From Mobula hypostoma (lineage: Eukaryota), in NCBI RefSeq assembly GCF_963921235.1, contig NC_086097.1, positions 194,558,001 to 194,622,000 of the forward strand: a stretch of 64,000 nucleotides of DNA, given 5' to 3'. Shown here in pieces: positions 52,478-64,000 of this stretch (positions are counted from its first letter, which is position 1; each line of letters begins with the position of its first letter). Below the pieces are notes generated by a model, which saw only the letters and a list, made by a program, of their open reading frames with translations, did no database searches and was not told the DNA's origin. A program made the position numbers and the translations under genes.

Positions 52478-53002
52478 CACTCAGTGGTCACTTTATTAGG
52501 TACACTTGCATACCTGCTTGATAGAGAAAATATTGAATCAGCCAATCATGTGACAGCAACTCAATGCATACAAGCATGCAGACATGGTCAAGAGGTTCAG
52601 TTGTTGTTCAGACCAGACTTCAGAATGGGGAAGAAATCTGATCTAAGTGACTTTGACCATGGTATGATTGTTGGTGTGAGATGGGGTGGTTTGAGTATCT
52701 CAGAAACTGCTGATCTCCTGGGATTTTCACACTTAGTAGTCTCTAGAGTTTCCAGAGAATGGTGCAAAAAACATAACAGCTTTAAGTGAGCGCCCATTCT
52801 GTGGGCAAAAATGGCTTGTTAATTGAGGGCGGTCAGAGAAGAACGGCCAGACTGGTTCAAGTTGACAGGAAGATGACAGCAACTCAAATAACTATGCATT
52901 CTGACAGTGGTGTGCAGAAGAGCATCTCTGAATGTACAACAGGTCGAAACTTGAAGTAGATGAGCTACAGCAGCAGAAGACCATAAACATACACCCACTG
53001 TA
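52478..53002 (+). mobile_element. Tc1/mariner non-autonomous relic
   Basis: TA followed by TIR-like CACTCAGTGGTCACTTTATTAGG, and transposase HTH N-terminus MGKKSDLSDFDHGMIVG...SISETADLLGFS..VSRV.REW. Confidence 0.85.
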
Positions 53003-53349
53003 CATTCATTTATGGGAAAGGGTTCATGATCTAACGACCCTTGACATATGGAATTCTTTGAGAAGGCATAATCAAATCACTTATGGAACAAAAATAGAAC
53101 ACTGTGCTGAGTCACTGTACATTAATAATCTTCTTTCAATTACTTGAAGATTTGTCACAATCCATGAAGAAATGAATTGATTAAAATTACCTATTTATTA
53201 TATCTGTTCAGAACTTTAGGAGAAGGTTTTGAATGTGGAAGAGGGTATTCAACTTAACAAATCCTTACTAGTGATCCTTACTTCATCTACTCCCAGTCCT
53301 CGTCCCTCTATTTCTATCCTATGTTTTCTTTCCTTTTTCATTCTTGTAC

Positions 53350-53940
53350 TTTACAAGAACTGCAGGTGAAATGTAATACTGAAAAATGTAAAGGGGAGAA
53401 TGAGAAGAGAGTATAAACAAAATATCACAATTCTAAAAGGAACAAGAGATAAAATAGAACAGAGTATAATTACACAATTATTGGAATTACCAGGCAGGTT
53501 GAGAAAGGCCAGGTTTTCAGGATTTTATAAGAAGAATCATTAATACAACAGTACAACAGTTTCATTTAATATTACTTATACAATACAAGTTCAGTCACCA
53601 TTTCTTGACAAATGCTTTAGGAAAGACATAAGGGTTTTGGAGAATGTGCAGAAGGAAGTTACCAAAATTATTCAGGGACTGAAGTTATGTGCATGATCTA
53701 GTGAGGATGGGTTACCTTCCCTGCAACAAAAAACATTGCAAGGATATCCAATAAAGCCACTTGAAATTATGATGGGTATCTTTAGTGTAGAAAAAAATTC
53801 TGACAGGGAGAGAGGTTAAGGACAAAGCAACAAAAAAAGAAGTTTGTTGGCTGAAGAATCAAGAATGGCATAAAGAAAAACTCCAATATACAGCAAAGGT
53901 TAGGGTCTGGAATACACTGCCAGGAACCGTAAAAGAATTT
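53350..53940 (+). mobile_element. Old CR1 fragment
   Basis: Degenerate RT C-terminal similarity. Confidence 0.55.
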
Positions 53941-54287
53941 CACTCGAAACCTCTGCCCCTTCAAGCAGCCTGTTTTTAATTTCTGAATTGTTACCACATT
54001 GCTAACACTGAATTTGTGTCATTTTGCAGATTTATGAACTGTGAATGGTACACTCATGTCCAAGTCTTCATTGCCAAATAAGAAAAACAGTTGTCCTGGG
54101 AGACTGACTCCTCAAATTCACTGTGCACTTTCGCCAGTCTGGAAACCATCCATCCACTAATACTCTGTGTCATGTTATTGCAGAAGTGTCAAAGTGTGAG
54201 GAAATACAAACCAAGTTGATGCAATCTATCCACATAATTAAATCCTTAATTTCCTGTTATTATTCTGTTGCTATTGATTCCATTGAT

Positions 54288-55322
54288 AGTCCAGTGACTA
54301 GTGGTGTTCCACAGGGGACAGTGTTGGGACTGCTTTTTTTTATGCTGTATGTCAATGATTTAGATGATGGAATAGATGGCTTTGTTGCCATATTTGCAGA
54401 TGTATGAAGATTGGTGGAGTGGCAGGTAGTGTTGAGGAAACAGGTAGGCTGTATAAGAACTTAGACAGGTTAGGAAAATGGGCAAGAAAGTGGCAAATGA
54501 AATACAATGTTGGAAAATCTATGGTCATGCACTTAAATAAATAAATGTGCAAACTATTTTCTAAATGGGGAGAAAATCCAGAAATCTGAGATGGAAAGGG
54601 ACTTGGGAGTCTCTGTGCAGAACACCCTTAATGTTAACTTACAGGCTGAGTCGGTGGTGAGGAAGGCAAATGCAATGTTAGCACTCATTTCAGGAGGTTT
54701 AGAATACAGGAGCGTTGATGTGATGCTGAGGCTTTTAAGGCACTGGAGAGGCCACACCTTGAGTATTGTGAACAGTTTTGGGCTTTTCATCTTAGCAAAG
54801 ATGTGCTGGCATTGGAGAGAGTCCAAAGGCGGTTCACAAGGATGATACCAGGAATGAAAGGGTTATCATACGAGGAACGTTTGATGGCTCTGGGTCTGTA
54901 CTCGCTGGAAGTTAGAATGATGAGGGGAATCTCATTGAAACCTTTCGAATTTTGTTAAAAGGCCTAGATAGTAGATGTAGAAAGGGAGTTTTGTCATTGT
55001 GGGGGAACCTAGGACAAGCGGGCATGGCCTCAGGACAGAGGCACACCCTTTCAATACAAAGATGCAGAGAAATTTCTTTAACTAAAGGGTGGTGAAGTTG
55101 TGGAAATTGTTATCACAGGCAGCAGTGGAGGCCAGGCCTTTGGGTGCATTTAAGGCAGAGATTGATAGGTTCTTGACTGGACATGGCATCAAGGGTTACA
55201 GGGAGAAGGCCAGGGAATGGGGTTGAAGAAGGTTAAAAAAGGATCAGCCATGATTGAGTAGTGGAGCAGACTCAGTGGGCCAAATGGCCCAGTTCTGCTC
55301 CAATGTCTGATGGTCTTATAGT
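54288..55322 (+). mobile_element. CR1 3' fragment (same family as 4685-5862)
   Basis: VTSGVPQGTVLG, ERDLGV, RKANAMLA, and 3' tail. Confidence 0.9.
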
Positions 55323-56209
55323 GTTATGATATCACTCTTGGTAAGTATTGTTCCTGCAAATTGTTTCCAAACATATTGGCGTCTGACAAAAGCTCCATAC
55401 AACAAATATGTCTTTTCCTCATTCTTGCAATCTATCCCTGCTCCCCTAGGATCCATTAGGATAGTTAAAAATAAAGTAACACGTTTTATTTCTCCTGATT
55501 TCCCAGTAGTCCAATGATATGTTTATCTTGGCCTCAAATAAATGTAATGACTCAGCTTTTGCAGCTGTTTTGGGTACAGAATTCCAAAGGTTCATAGACC
55601 TCCGGGAAAAGAAATTCCTTCTTATTTCTACTCTAATTGGGTGACTCATTATTCTGAATCTATGCCCTAGTTCTAGTAGGAAACATGGAAGAGCAAAAGC
55701 TGATCAGCTGCTGAAACCATGCTGATGAATCTGCCCATCCTGTGCTCTAATGACCATGCCTACAGATCTGCAGAACTGAACCCTTGCCAATGAACTCCAA
55801 CTTTTACAACCAGGATCTTCAGATGTAAGTGATGGGCAGCATATGCACAAAAGACTCAATTAAGTGAGCACCCATGCTTTTAACAGGAGAAATGTGATGA
55901 TAACTGAAGATGGAATGCTTCATTCTGCTATTTCCGGACATCATCCTCCCTATTGAGGAACTTTTCTGGGAAAACTTTAAGCCAGGGTAGATGATGTTCA
56001 TATGTAATGGGATGGAGATTTACAGATACAGTATAGAAGCTTGCACTTCAGCCCATGTCCAAGACTTCATTGGCCAATAAGAAAAACAGTGGACCTGGGA
56101 TTCTGACACTTCAAACTCCACTGTGCACTTTTGCCTGTCTGAAAACCATTCATACACTACTACTCTGTGTCATGTTATTGCAGAGGTGTGGACAACCATT
56201 TTACACTAA

Positions 56210-56429
56210 CAACAGGAATTCTGCAGATGCTGGAAATTCAAGCAACACACATCAAAGTTGCTGGTGAACGCAGCAGGCCAGGCAGCATCTGTAGGAAGAG
56301 GTGCAGTCGACGTTTCAGGCCGAGACCCTTCGTCAGGACTCACGAAGGGTCTCGGCCTGAAACGTCAACTGCACCTCTTCCTACAGATGCTGCCTGGCCT
56401 GCTGCGTTCACCAGCAACTTTGATGCATG
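56210..56429. mobile_element. Penelope-derived palindromic insertion with an intact minus-strand hammerhead (56305-56340)
   Basis: Inverted arms. TSD TTACACTAA at 56201-56209 and 56430-56438. Motif AGUC-CUGACGA-AGG-gucucgg-CCU-GAAA-C-GUC^GACU. Confidence 0.85.
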
Positions 56430-56909
56430 TTACACTAATCTCACATTAATCATATTTTTTATCCTTTCCACTTTCTCTTCATCCCTCCCCAGGTTCTACG
56501 TCTCACCTGCATACTAGGGACAATTTACAATGACCAATTACCTTCCCAACACCGTCTCCTCCAGATCTTTGGGAGAACGTGCAAACTCCACACAGACAGG
56601 ATTAAACCTGGGTCTCTGGCAGAGTAAGGTACTGGCTCTGCTACCTGCTACACTGTGCCTCATTGCGATAGGGAAGAACTCAAAAACATTTCAGACTTTC
56701 CATTTTGAAAATTGACACTGAATGACGCTGAATCACTTCTATCTGAAAACAAACAGCTAATATACATTGTCTACGGGATTTAAAAATTTAAAATGTGGAT
56801 CACAGCTGTTATTTTTAGTGTGCATAGTTTTATATTCTATTCTATATTACAATAGTGACTTTAAAAGCAAAATATGGCAGCTTTGGAAATTTGAAATTAA
56901 AACAAAATG

Positions 56910-57455
56910 AGAAGCTTTAAAGAGGGTGCAGAGGAGATTTAACAGGATGCTGCCTGGACTATAGAGCATGTCGTATGATGATCAGCCGAGCAAGCTAGGG
57001 CTTTTCTCTTTGGAGTATGAGCGGTAACTTGATCAAAGTATAGACGATAAGAAGCATAGATTGAGTGTATCGGCAAAGGCTTTTTCCCAGGGCAGAAATG
57101 ACTAGTAAACGTTGTCTCATTTTTACTGCGCACTGTACCAGCAGTTATGGTCGAAATGACAATAAAAAGTGATTTGATTTGACTTGACTTAATTTTAAGA
57201 TGACTGGAGAAAATTATAAGGGGGATTACAGAAATATCTTTTTTTACATAGTATGTGGACACCCAGCCAGCTTTGGTGATAGGGACAGATTCATTAGGGG
57301 CATTTAAGAAACTCTCACATAGGCATATGAATGATAGAAAAACAGAGGACCATGTAGAAGAGAAGTGTTAAATGTGTCTTGGAATAGGTTAAAAAGTTGG
57401 CACAATATTGTGGGGCCGGAGAGCCCATACAATGCTGTAGCATCTATGTTTTGTA
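56910..57455 (+). mobile_element. CR1 3' fragment with a short Rex1-tail insertion (~57108-57190)
   Basis: Matches the CR1 end at 37740-38210. The insert ends AATAAAAAGTGATTTGATTTGACTTGACT. Confidence 0.75.
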
Positions 57456-58289
57456 TTAAAATTACAAGTTCTTGATGGGTCAGAGAAATCCATGAAAAAC
57501 ATAACAGTTACAAAAGTTTTACTTCAAACAATATGAACTAATATATCTCTGAGCAGTGCTTTAGTGCAGTTTGTTTAATAGAACTGAAAATGGATCTACC
57601 ATTAGCTGTGAGTTATCTATTTTCTCCATGGCTATTTAAAATAAGGACATTTAAGTTCTGAAGAAAGACCATCAAATTGAAATATTACTTGTGTTTATCC
57701 TTTCACAGATGTTGTCTGGCTAGCTGGTTATTGCAGCATTTTCTATTTTTTATTTCAATGTAGTTCATTGGCTGACTTGAACTGCTTAATCCACAGGGAA
57801 GCAAGTCTTCCTTTTCTTCTTGTTTCAACATTATAGGATGTCATAACTTGAATGCTATAATAAACAACAAAGTTAAAGGTTTCATATGGTGGTGCGAAGC
57901 AGGTTATACAGCAGAACTTTTTTCTTGCTGTTGCACAGAGGAAGAATTAAGAGGCAGTTATAAAACTGAAATATTTAACAATATCACAATGATGCCTCAA
58001 CAGGGGAAATATATTATAGACAATTCTGTCCAGAATTGCTTGTACATTATCTAAGCAATGCATATTTTTTTTCACTTTACAGCTCTATTAATAATACTGT
58101 ATCCTAAGGCTGAAACTTCATTACTTACTTGTTTTATTGGAAATATATATCTCAATAAATTCAGTTCTAATAATGAACATCATCATTAGTAGATTGAATG
58201 CTGTACCACAGTGTTTTTCTGTAAATTACAAACAAAACATGAAATATTGACACATTTCCTGTTGAAATAGAGAATAGCAAGTGAAGGAT

Positions 58290-61200
58290 GAAGCTGAGTT
58301 TAGTGACCTTTGTGGTTCCAAGTGGTATCTCATCAACTGACACCTTTATCTGGATGAAGGTTGATCGCCATTGCCATGGCTGGAGGTGAGGAAGGAGGGG
58401 AAAGACTCCAAGCCAGACTAAAATGATGGGGTGTAAAATTCTTCGACCCATCTTGTTAGCAAATCTTCAGTCACAGGAGAACAAGATAGAGAACCCAAGC
58501 ACAAGGTTGCTGTATCGGGAGTAAATGAGGGATAGCTGTTTTCTCTGTTTCACAGAGGCATGGGCTAATCTGTACAAGCCAGATATGGTAACCAGGCCCA
58601 AGGGCTTCTCTATTCACAGGATATACCAAACTGCTGATTTGAGGAGAACCAAAGGTGGGGTCTCTGTTTCATGTTAACCTGCTTGTGGTCTCAAACAAAG
58701 TGGTCTTGTTGCTGTCTTGTTTGCCAGATATAGAACATCACATGATTAATTGCTGTCCATTCTACTAACTGAGAGAGCTCTTCTCCGTGATCCTGACTGT
58801 AGTTTACATACCACCAAAGGTAGAGATTAAGAATGCACTTGATGTATCAAGTCTCATGATCAGCAAACAAGATGCAACCTACTGTGACACCTTTCAAGTC
58901 ATTGCTGGGGACTTCAATCAAGCTCGCTTGAAGAAATATCTGTCCAATTTTCATCAACATAGCACCTGCAGCACCAGAGGTCCCAATGCCCTCAACTACT
59001 GCTACACTAGAATCAGGAATGCCTACTGTTCAACATCTAGATCATATTTCAAGAAGTCTGATCATTCACCTGACTTCCTCCTATCTGCATACAAGCAGCG
59101 ATGAAAGAGCAAGGATACAGAGGAAAACAAAGAGGTGTTTGCAGTAGGCAGGGCAGCGGCTATGGGATTGCTTCGAATCGGTGGACTGCACCATATTCAG
59201 AAGTTGGTCAGAGGATCTGGATGAATATGCCATTGGTGTCACAGACTTTATAAATAACTTTGAGACTTCCCAACCAGAAGCCCTGGATGAACCGTGAGTT
59301 CTGTGAACTTTGGAGGGCCAGGTCAGAGGTGTTCAAGTCTGGTGACCAAGTAATATACAAGAGGTCCAGGTATGACTTGCAGAGAGCCATCTCACATATG
59401 AAGTGGCAATTCTGGACCAAACAAATCACAGAAGGATGCTTGACAGCTGTGGCAGGGCTTGAATACCATCACTTGCAACAAAGTAAAACCGAGAAATGCA
59501 AGTAGCAACAAGGCTTTGCTCCCCGATGAGCTCAATGCCTTTTCTGCTCGCTTTGACCAACAAAATGTGGAGACATTTCATAAACTCCCACAGTCTCCAA
59601 CAACAATGTGATTTCAGTCTCTGAGGATGACGTGGGAGCATCCTTCAGGAGGGTGAAATCATGGAAAGCATCTGGCCTAGATGGACTTCCAAGCCAAGTT
59701 CTAAATACCTTTGCTGATCAAGTGGCTGGAGTGTTCACCCCACATTTTGGCAGTCTGAGGTACCCACCTGCTTCAAGTAGGCTTCAGTTATTCAAATTCT
59801 AAGAAAGATATGGTAATCTGCTTCAATGACTATTATCCAGTAGCACTTACATCCACTGTGATGAAGTGCTTTGAGAGGTTGGTGATGAAACACACCAGCT
59901 TTTGCCTGAGGGATGATTGGATTCACTCTAATTTGCCTACCATCAAAACAGGTCCAAAGTGAATGTCATTTTATTGATTCTTCACTCAACCCTGGAACAT
60001 CTGAACAATGGAGATGCATACATCAGGATACTCTTCAATGACTACAGCTCTGCATTCAACACTATTATCACTTCACAACTAATTATAAACTTCTAATACC
60101 TAGGCCTCAATATCTCCTGGTGGAAATGGATCCTCAAACACAGGGGTCCCCAACCTGTTTTGCATCGCGGACTGGTTTAATATTGACAATATTCTTGCGG
60201 ACCGGCTGGCCGGGGGTGTTCAGGTAGGCTTAAACTCACCTCAACATGTCCTTTACAGTTAGGGTTGCCAACTTCCTCACTCCTAAATAAGGGACAAAAG
60301 TAGCAGTCAAATCCCAGGACACTTTACCCCAGGAAAGACTACCATGACCATGAAGCCTTATGTGGGCACCTGTGTGCGCATGCATGCCATGCGCATGTGC
60401 GTACTTGCCGATTTTTCCTCCCACAAATCGGTTTTGCCTTCATCTTCCCGACTGTACTGTACATACATTATTTCTACTTTATGTAGGCTGTGTATTTATC
60501 ATATCATTCCTGCTTTTATGATATGTTAGTGTTTTTTATTTTCGGTTTTATGTGTTATTTGGGTCTGGGAACGCTGAAAATTTTTTCCCATATAAATTAA
60601 TGGTAATTGCTTCTGCACTTTACACCATTTCGGCACGAAAGGTTTCATTGGAACGCTCTACCTTAGCGGGGGAAATACGAGACAAGGGCAGTCTCATATG
60701 GGACAAACCAATTTAGCCCAATATATGGGATGTCCCGGCAAATACGGGACAGTTGGCAACCCTACATTCAAATTCCACAGTGCATGACAGGGAATGAGGA
60801 AAGGTGCAGCTGACTCATATCATTTCCTCACGGCCCGGTAGCACATGCTCTGCGCCCCGGTACTGGTACGCAGCCCGGTGGTTGGGGACCACTGCTCAAA
60901 CGCATACCATCAATGCAGGTGAACCACAAGGCTGTGTGCTTAGCCCCCTGCTCTACTCACTTTATACTTATGACTGTGTGGCTAAGTACTTCTCCAATGC
61001 CATATTTAAGTTTTCTGATGACACCACTGTCATTGTCCAAATCAAAGATCATGACAAATCAGCACTTAGGAGGGAGATTGAAAATCTGGCTGAGTGGTGC
61101 CACAACAAAAATCTCTCATTCAATGTCAGTCAAACCAAAGAGCTAATTATTGACTACAGGAGGAGGAAACTGGAGGTCCATAAGCCAGTCCTCATCATAG

Positions 61201-61932
61201 AATTAGAGGTGGAGAGGGTCAGCAATTTAAAATTCTTCGGCGTTATCAATTCAGAAGATTCGTCCTAGGTTCAACACTTAAGTGCCGTTACAAAGAAAGC
61301 ACGGCAGCACCTCTACTTTAGAAGATTGCAAAGATTCAACATGTCAACTAAAACTTTGATGAACATCTCTCAATAAGTGGTGGAGAATATATTGACCAGT
61401 TACATTGCAGCGTGGTATGGAAACATCTTGAACGACAAAGCCCACAAAAAGTAGTGGAAACCTTCCATCCCTTCATGAGTAAAGCCCTCCCCTCCATGAT
61501 GACATCTGCAAGGACTACTGTTGCAGAGAAGCAGCATCCATCATCAAGGTCCCCACCATCCAGACCATGCTCTCTTCTCACTGCTGCCATCAGGTAGGAG
61601 GTACAGGAGCCTCAGGACCCTCACCACCAGGTTCAGGAACAGTTATTACCCCTCAACCATCAGGCTGTCAAACCAAAGGGGATAATTACACTCAGCTTCA
61701 CTCACCCCAGAACAGAACTGATTCCACAACCTACGGACTCACTTTCAAGGATGCTACAACTCATGTTCCCAATATTTAATGCTTATTTATTAATTCTTTT
61801 TTATATTTGCAGTTTGTAGTATTTCATTGATTTTATTGTGATTCTTTGTATGTACTCTGAATGCCTGCAAGGAAATGAATTTCAAATATTATGATGCAGG
61901 AGAAAATGATAATAAATTTACTCTGAACTTTG
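58290..61932 (+). mobile_element. Long decayed Rex1/Babar LINE (APE plus RT)
   Basis: ILTVVYIPP, IAGDFNQ, KSDH, NQKPWMN, GEPQGCVLSPLLYSLYT, KFSDDT, and tail AATAAATTTACTCTGAACTTTGAA. Confidence 0.9.
60141..60894. mobile_element. Composite hAT MITE
   Basis: TIRs CAGGGGTCCCCAACC / GGTTGGGGACCACTG, 8-bp TSD CTCAAACA / CTCAAACG. Inner TIR pair TAGGGTTGCCAACT...AGTTGGCAACCCTA at 60260-60764. Confidence 0.88.
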
Positions 61933-61988
61933 AAATCACATGAGTGTATGTTCCAACAGAAGGGATAAGCAAATGAGACGGAGTACTA

Positions 61989-62210
61989 GCAACACAAACA
62001 AAATACTGGAAGAACTCAGCAGGCCAGGCAGCATCTATGGAAAAGTGTATAGTCGATGTTTTGGGTGAGACCAGTCCTGATGACGGGTCTCTGCCCAAAA
62101 CGTTGATCATACTCTTTTCCATAGATGCTGCCTGGGCCTGCTGAATCCCTCCAGTATCTTGTGCATGTTGCTTGGATTTCCAGCATCTACAGGTTTTCCC
62201 TTGTTTGTGA
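61989..62210. mobile_element. Penelope-derived palindrome (older subfamily)
   Basis: Inverted arms centred near GAGACCAGTCCTGATGACGGG. Hammerhead GAAA box mutated. Confidence 0.8.
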
Positions 62211-63069
62211 TTGGGATGAAGTACTGTTGCATTTAGATAATGTATCAGATCATGTCTCATCTCCTGAAACAAATTCCATGACAACATCACAATCACAAGA
62301 ACTCCAAATGCCAGAAAAAAAAGTATACTTCAAAAGACTGATCTTTTTGAATATCATTGTTCGGATAGGTTTAGAAGTGAGGTTAGTTCTTCTAAAGGTA
62401 GAGGTAGACAACTGGGAAATAATTGTCCCAAATTTGTTAACCTGAAGCAAGACTAAATCTATGGCTGACTGGCTAACTTGAAAAAAAAATGTTTTTTATT
62501 ATTAATGATGAAGTAGAATATGGTATATTTCAATATATTGACATTCTGACACAAATTCAAAAGCAAGATACCTAACAAGCTAGAAATGTGAAATGGTAAA
62601 CAGAAAATGCTAGAAATACTCATCTAGTTGAACATATGTCTGAGGCCTCCATTGATCAGGGTCGACAATGGATGTTGCATCCCAGCTGTCTAGATATACA
62701 CGTCAGGGCAGTACAATATGGAGAGCAAGTTGTTGCCAATGTAGCAACTGCTTGGGTGCTAATCATATAATGTAGCAGCATTTTAGGTGGTTGTGAAAAG
62801 CCATAACAGTCTCTTCTTGGAACTTTACCATGAATTTTCAGTCTTTGCAAATAAAACCACTGTTTCTTTGATATTCATCACTAAGTCATTTATTAAAGTC
62901 TCATTATTGTATGAAAGATATCTGTCTACATGAGGGACTTACAAAATATATCCAAATGTAATTTGAAATTCTAGAATTAATTGTCAATAAACAAGAAAAC
63001 AGGTCATGTTTAAAGAGTTTTACAGGAAGGAAATACAGTATGTATTCCATTGTGAGACTTATTCTTTAA

Positions 63070-63765
63070 TCAGAGTGATTGAAAATCTGGCTGAGTTGTG
63101 CCACAACAACAATCTCTTACTCAGTGTCATCAAGACCAAAGAGCTGATTATTGACATTAGGAGGAGGAAACCAGAAGTCCATGAGCCTGTCCTCATCAGG
63201 GGACCAGGGGTGGGCAAGGTCAGCAACTTTAAATTCCCAGATGATATTACCTCAGAGGACCTGTCCTGGGCCCAGCTTCTACGTGCAATTGCAAAGAAAG
63301 TTTGGCAGCGCCTCAACTTCCTTAGGAGCTTGTGAAGATTTCGCATGACATCTAAGACTTTAACAAATTTGTATAAATGTGTGGTGGAGATTATACTGAC
63401 TGTCTGAATCTCCAATGCCCATGAATGGAAAAATTTTACAAAAAGTAGCCCATCACGGGTAAAGCACTCCCCAACATTGAACACTGCTACACAGAGTGTT
63501 GTATTAGGAAAGCAGCAAACATCATCCCAGGCCCTGCTCTCTTCTCACTGCTGCCATCAGCAAGAAAGTACAGGAGCTTAAGGACTCGCACTACCAGGTT
63601 CAGAAACAGTTACTACTCTTCAACTATCAGGCTCTTGAACCAAAGGGGATATTTTCACTTAACTTAATTTGCCCAACCACTGAAATGTTCCCATAAATTA
63701 TAGACTCACTTTCAAGTACTCATCATCTCATGTTTTTGATAATTATTGATTATTTATTTATATAT
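63070..63765 (+). mobile_element. Rex1/Babar 3' fragment
   Basis: IENLAELCHNNNLLLSVIKTKELIID, and a 3' UTR like 61560-61800. Confidence 0.85.
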
Positions 63766-63769
63766 TTTT

Positions 63770-64000
63770 ATTTTTTTCTCAGCTCAAGCTTGTAAAACCT
63801 GAGGTATGTACATAGCCAAACAAACTCATTTCTCGATTGTATTGTATCTTTCTGAAGATTTACAGAAATAATGCTGTGTAGGCCTAATTGTTTAATGCTA
63901 TTGTGTTGAGAATTTGGGATGATACCAGTTGAAGATACTACTATTGGGACAATGTATACCCAGTTCATGTTCCACAGTTTTCTAATTTCCTCTCTTAATT
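63770..64000 (-). mobile_element. R4/Dong-clade LINE 3' end
   Basis: LREEIRKLWNMNWVYIVPIVVSSTGIIP...IKQLGL...NLQK is typical of the end of the restriction-like endonuclease domain. A-rich tail. Confidence 0.7.

Noticed and set aside
58167..58451. ORF with a signal-peptide-like N-terminus
   Set aside because: Mostly antisense to the 5' part of the Rex1/Babar element, with no other support.
15028..62210. Dispersed palindromic repeats as a CRISPR array or tandem retrozyme
   Set aside because: Copies are dispersed, inverted and TSD-flanked, with no repeat-spacer periodicity or direct tandem hammerhead units. The context is eukaryotic.

Overview
Eukaryotic, repeat-dense genomic DNA. The repeat families suggest a cartilaginous fish, probably a ray (inference). 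No intact host gene is recognisable. Most of the window is decayed transposable elements: many CR1 LINEs, Rex1/Babar, RTE, R4/Dong and L1/Tx1 LINE pieces, Penelope-like elements, two Ty3/Gypsy LTR elements, a solo LTR, tRNA-derived SINEs, hAT MITEs and a Tc1 relic. The main finding is a complete minus-strand LTR element at 1078-6937, with ~145-bp LTRs, a perfect AGTGG target-site duplication (TSD), a tRNA-Leu primer-binding site (PBS) and a polypurine tract (PPT). Its gag-protease-RT region is replaced by an intronless, antisense copy of a class I ARF GTPase whose stop codon lies 3 nt from the PBS. Also notable are short Penelope-derived insertions carrying minimal hammerhead ribozyme motifs, several as TSD-flanked palindromes, an RTE LINE with a twin-priming-type 5' inversion, and weak candidate exons of an unidentified minus-strand host gene. 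Boundaries of old repeats are approximate.
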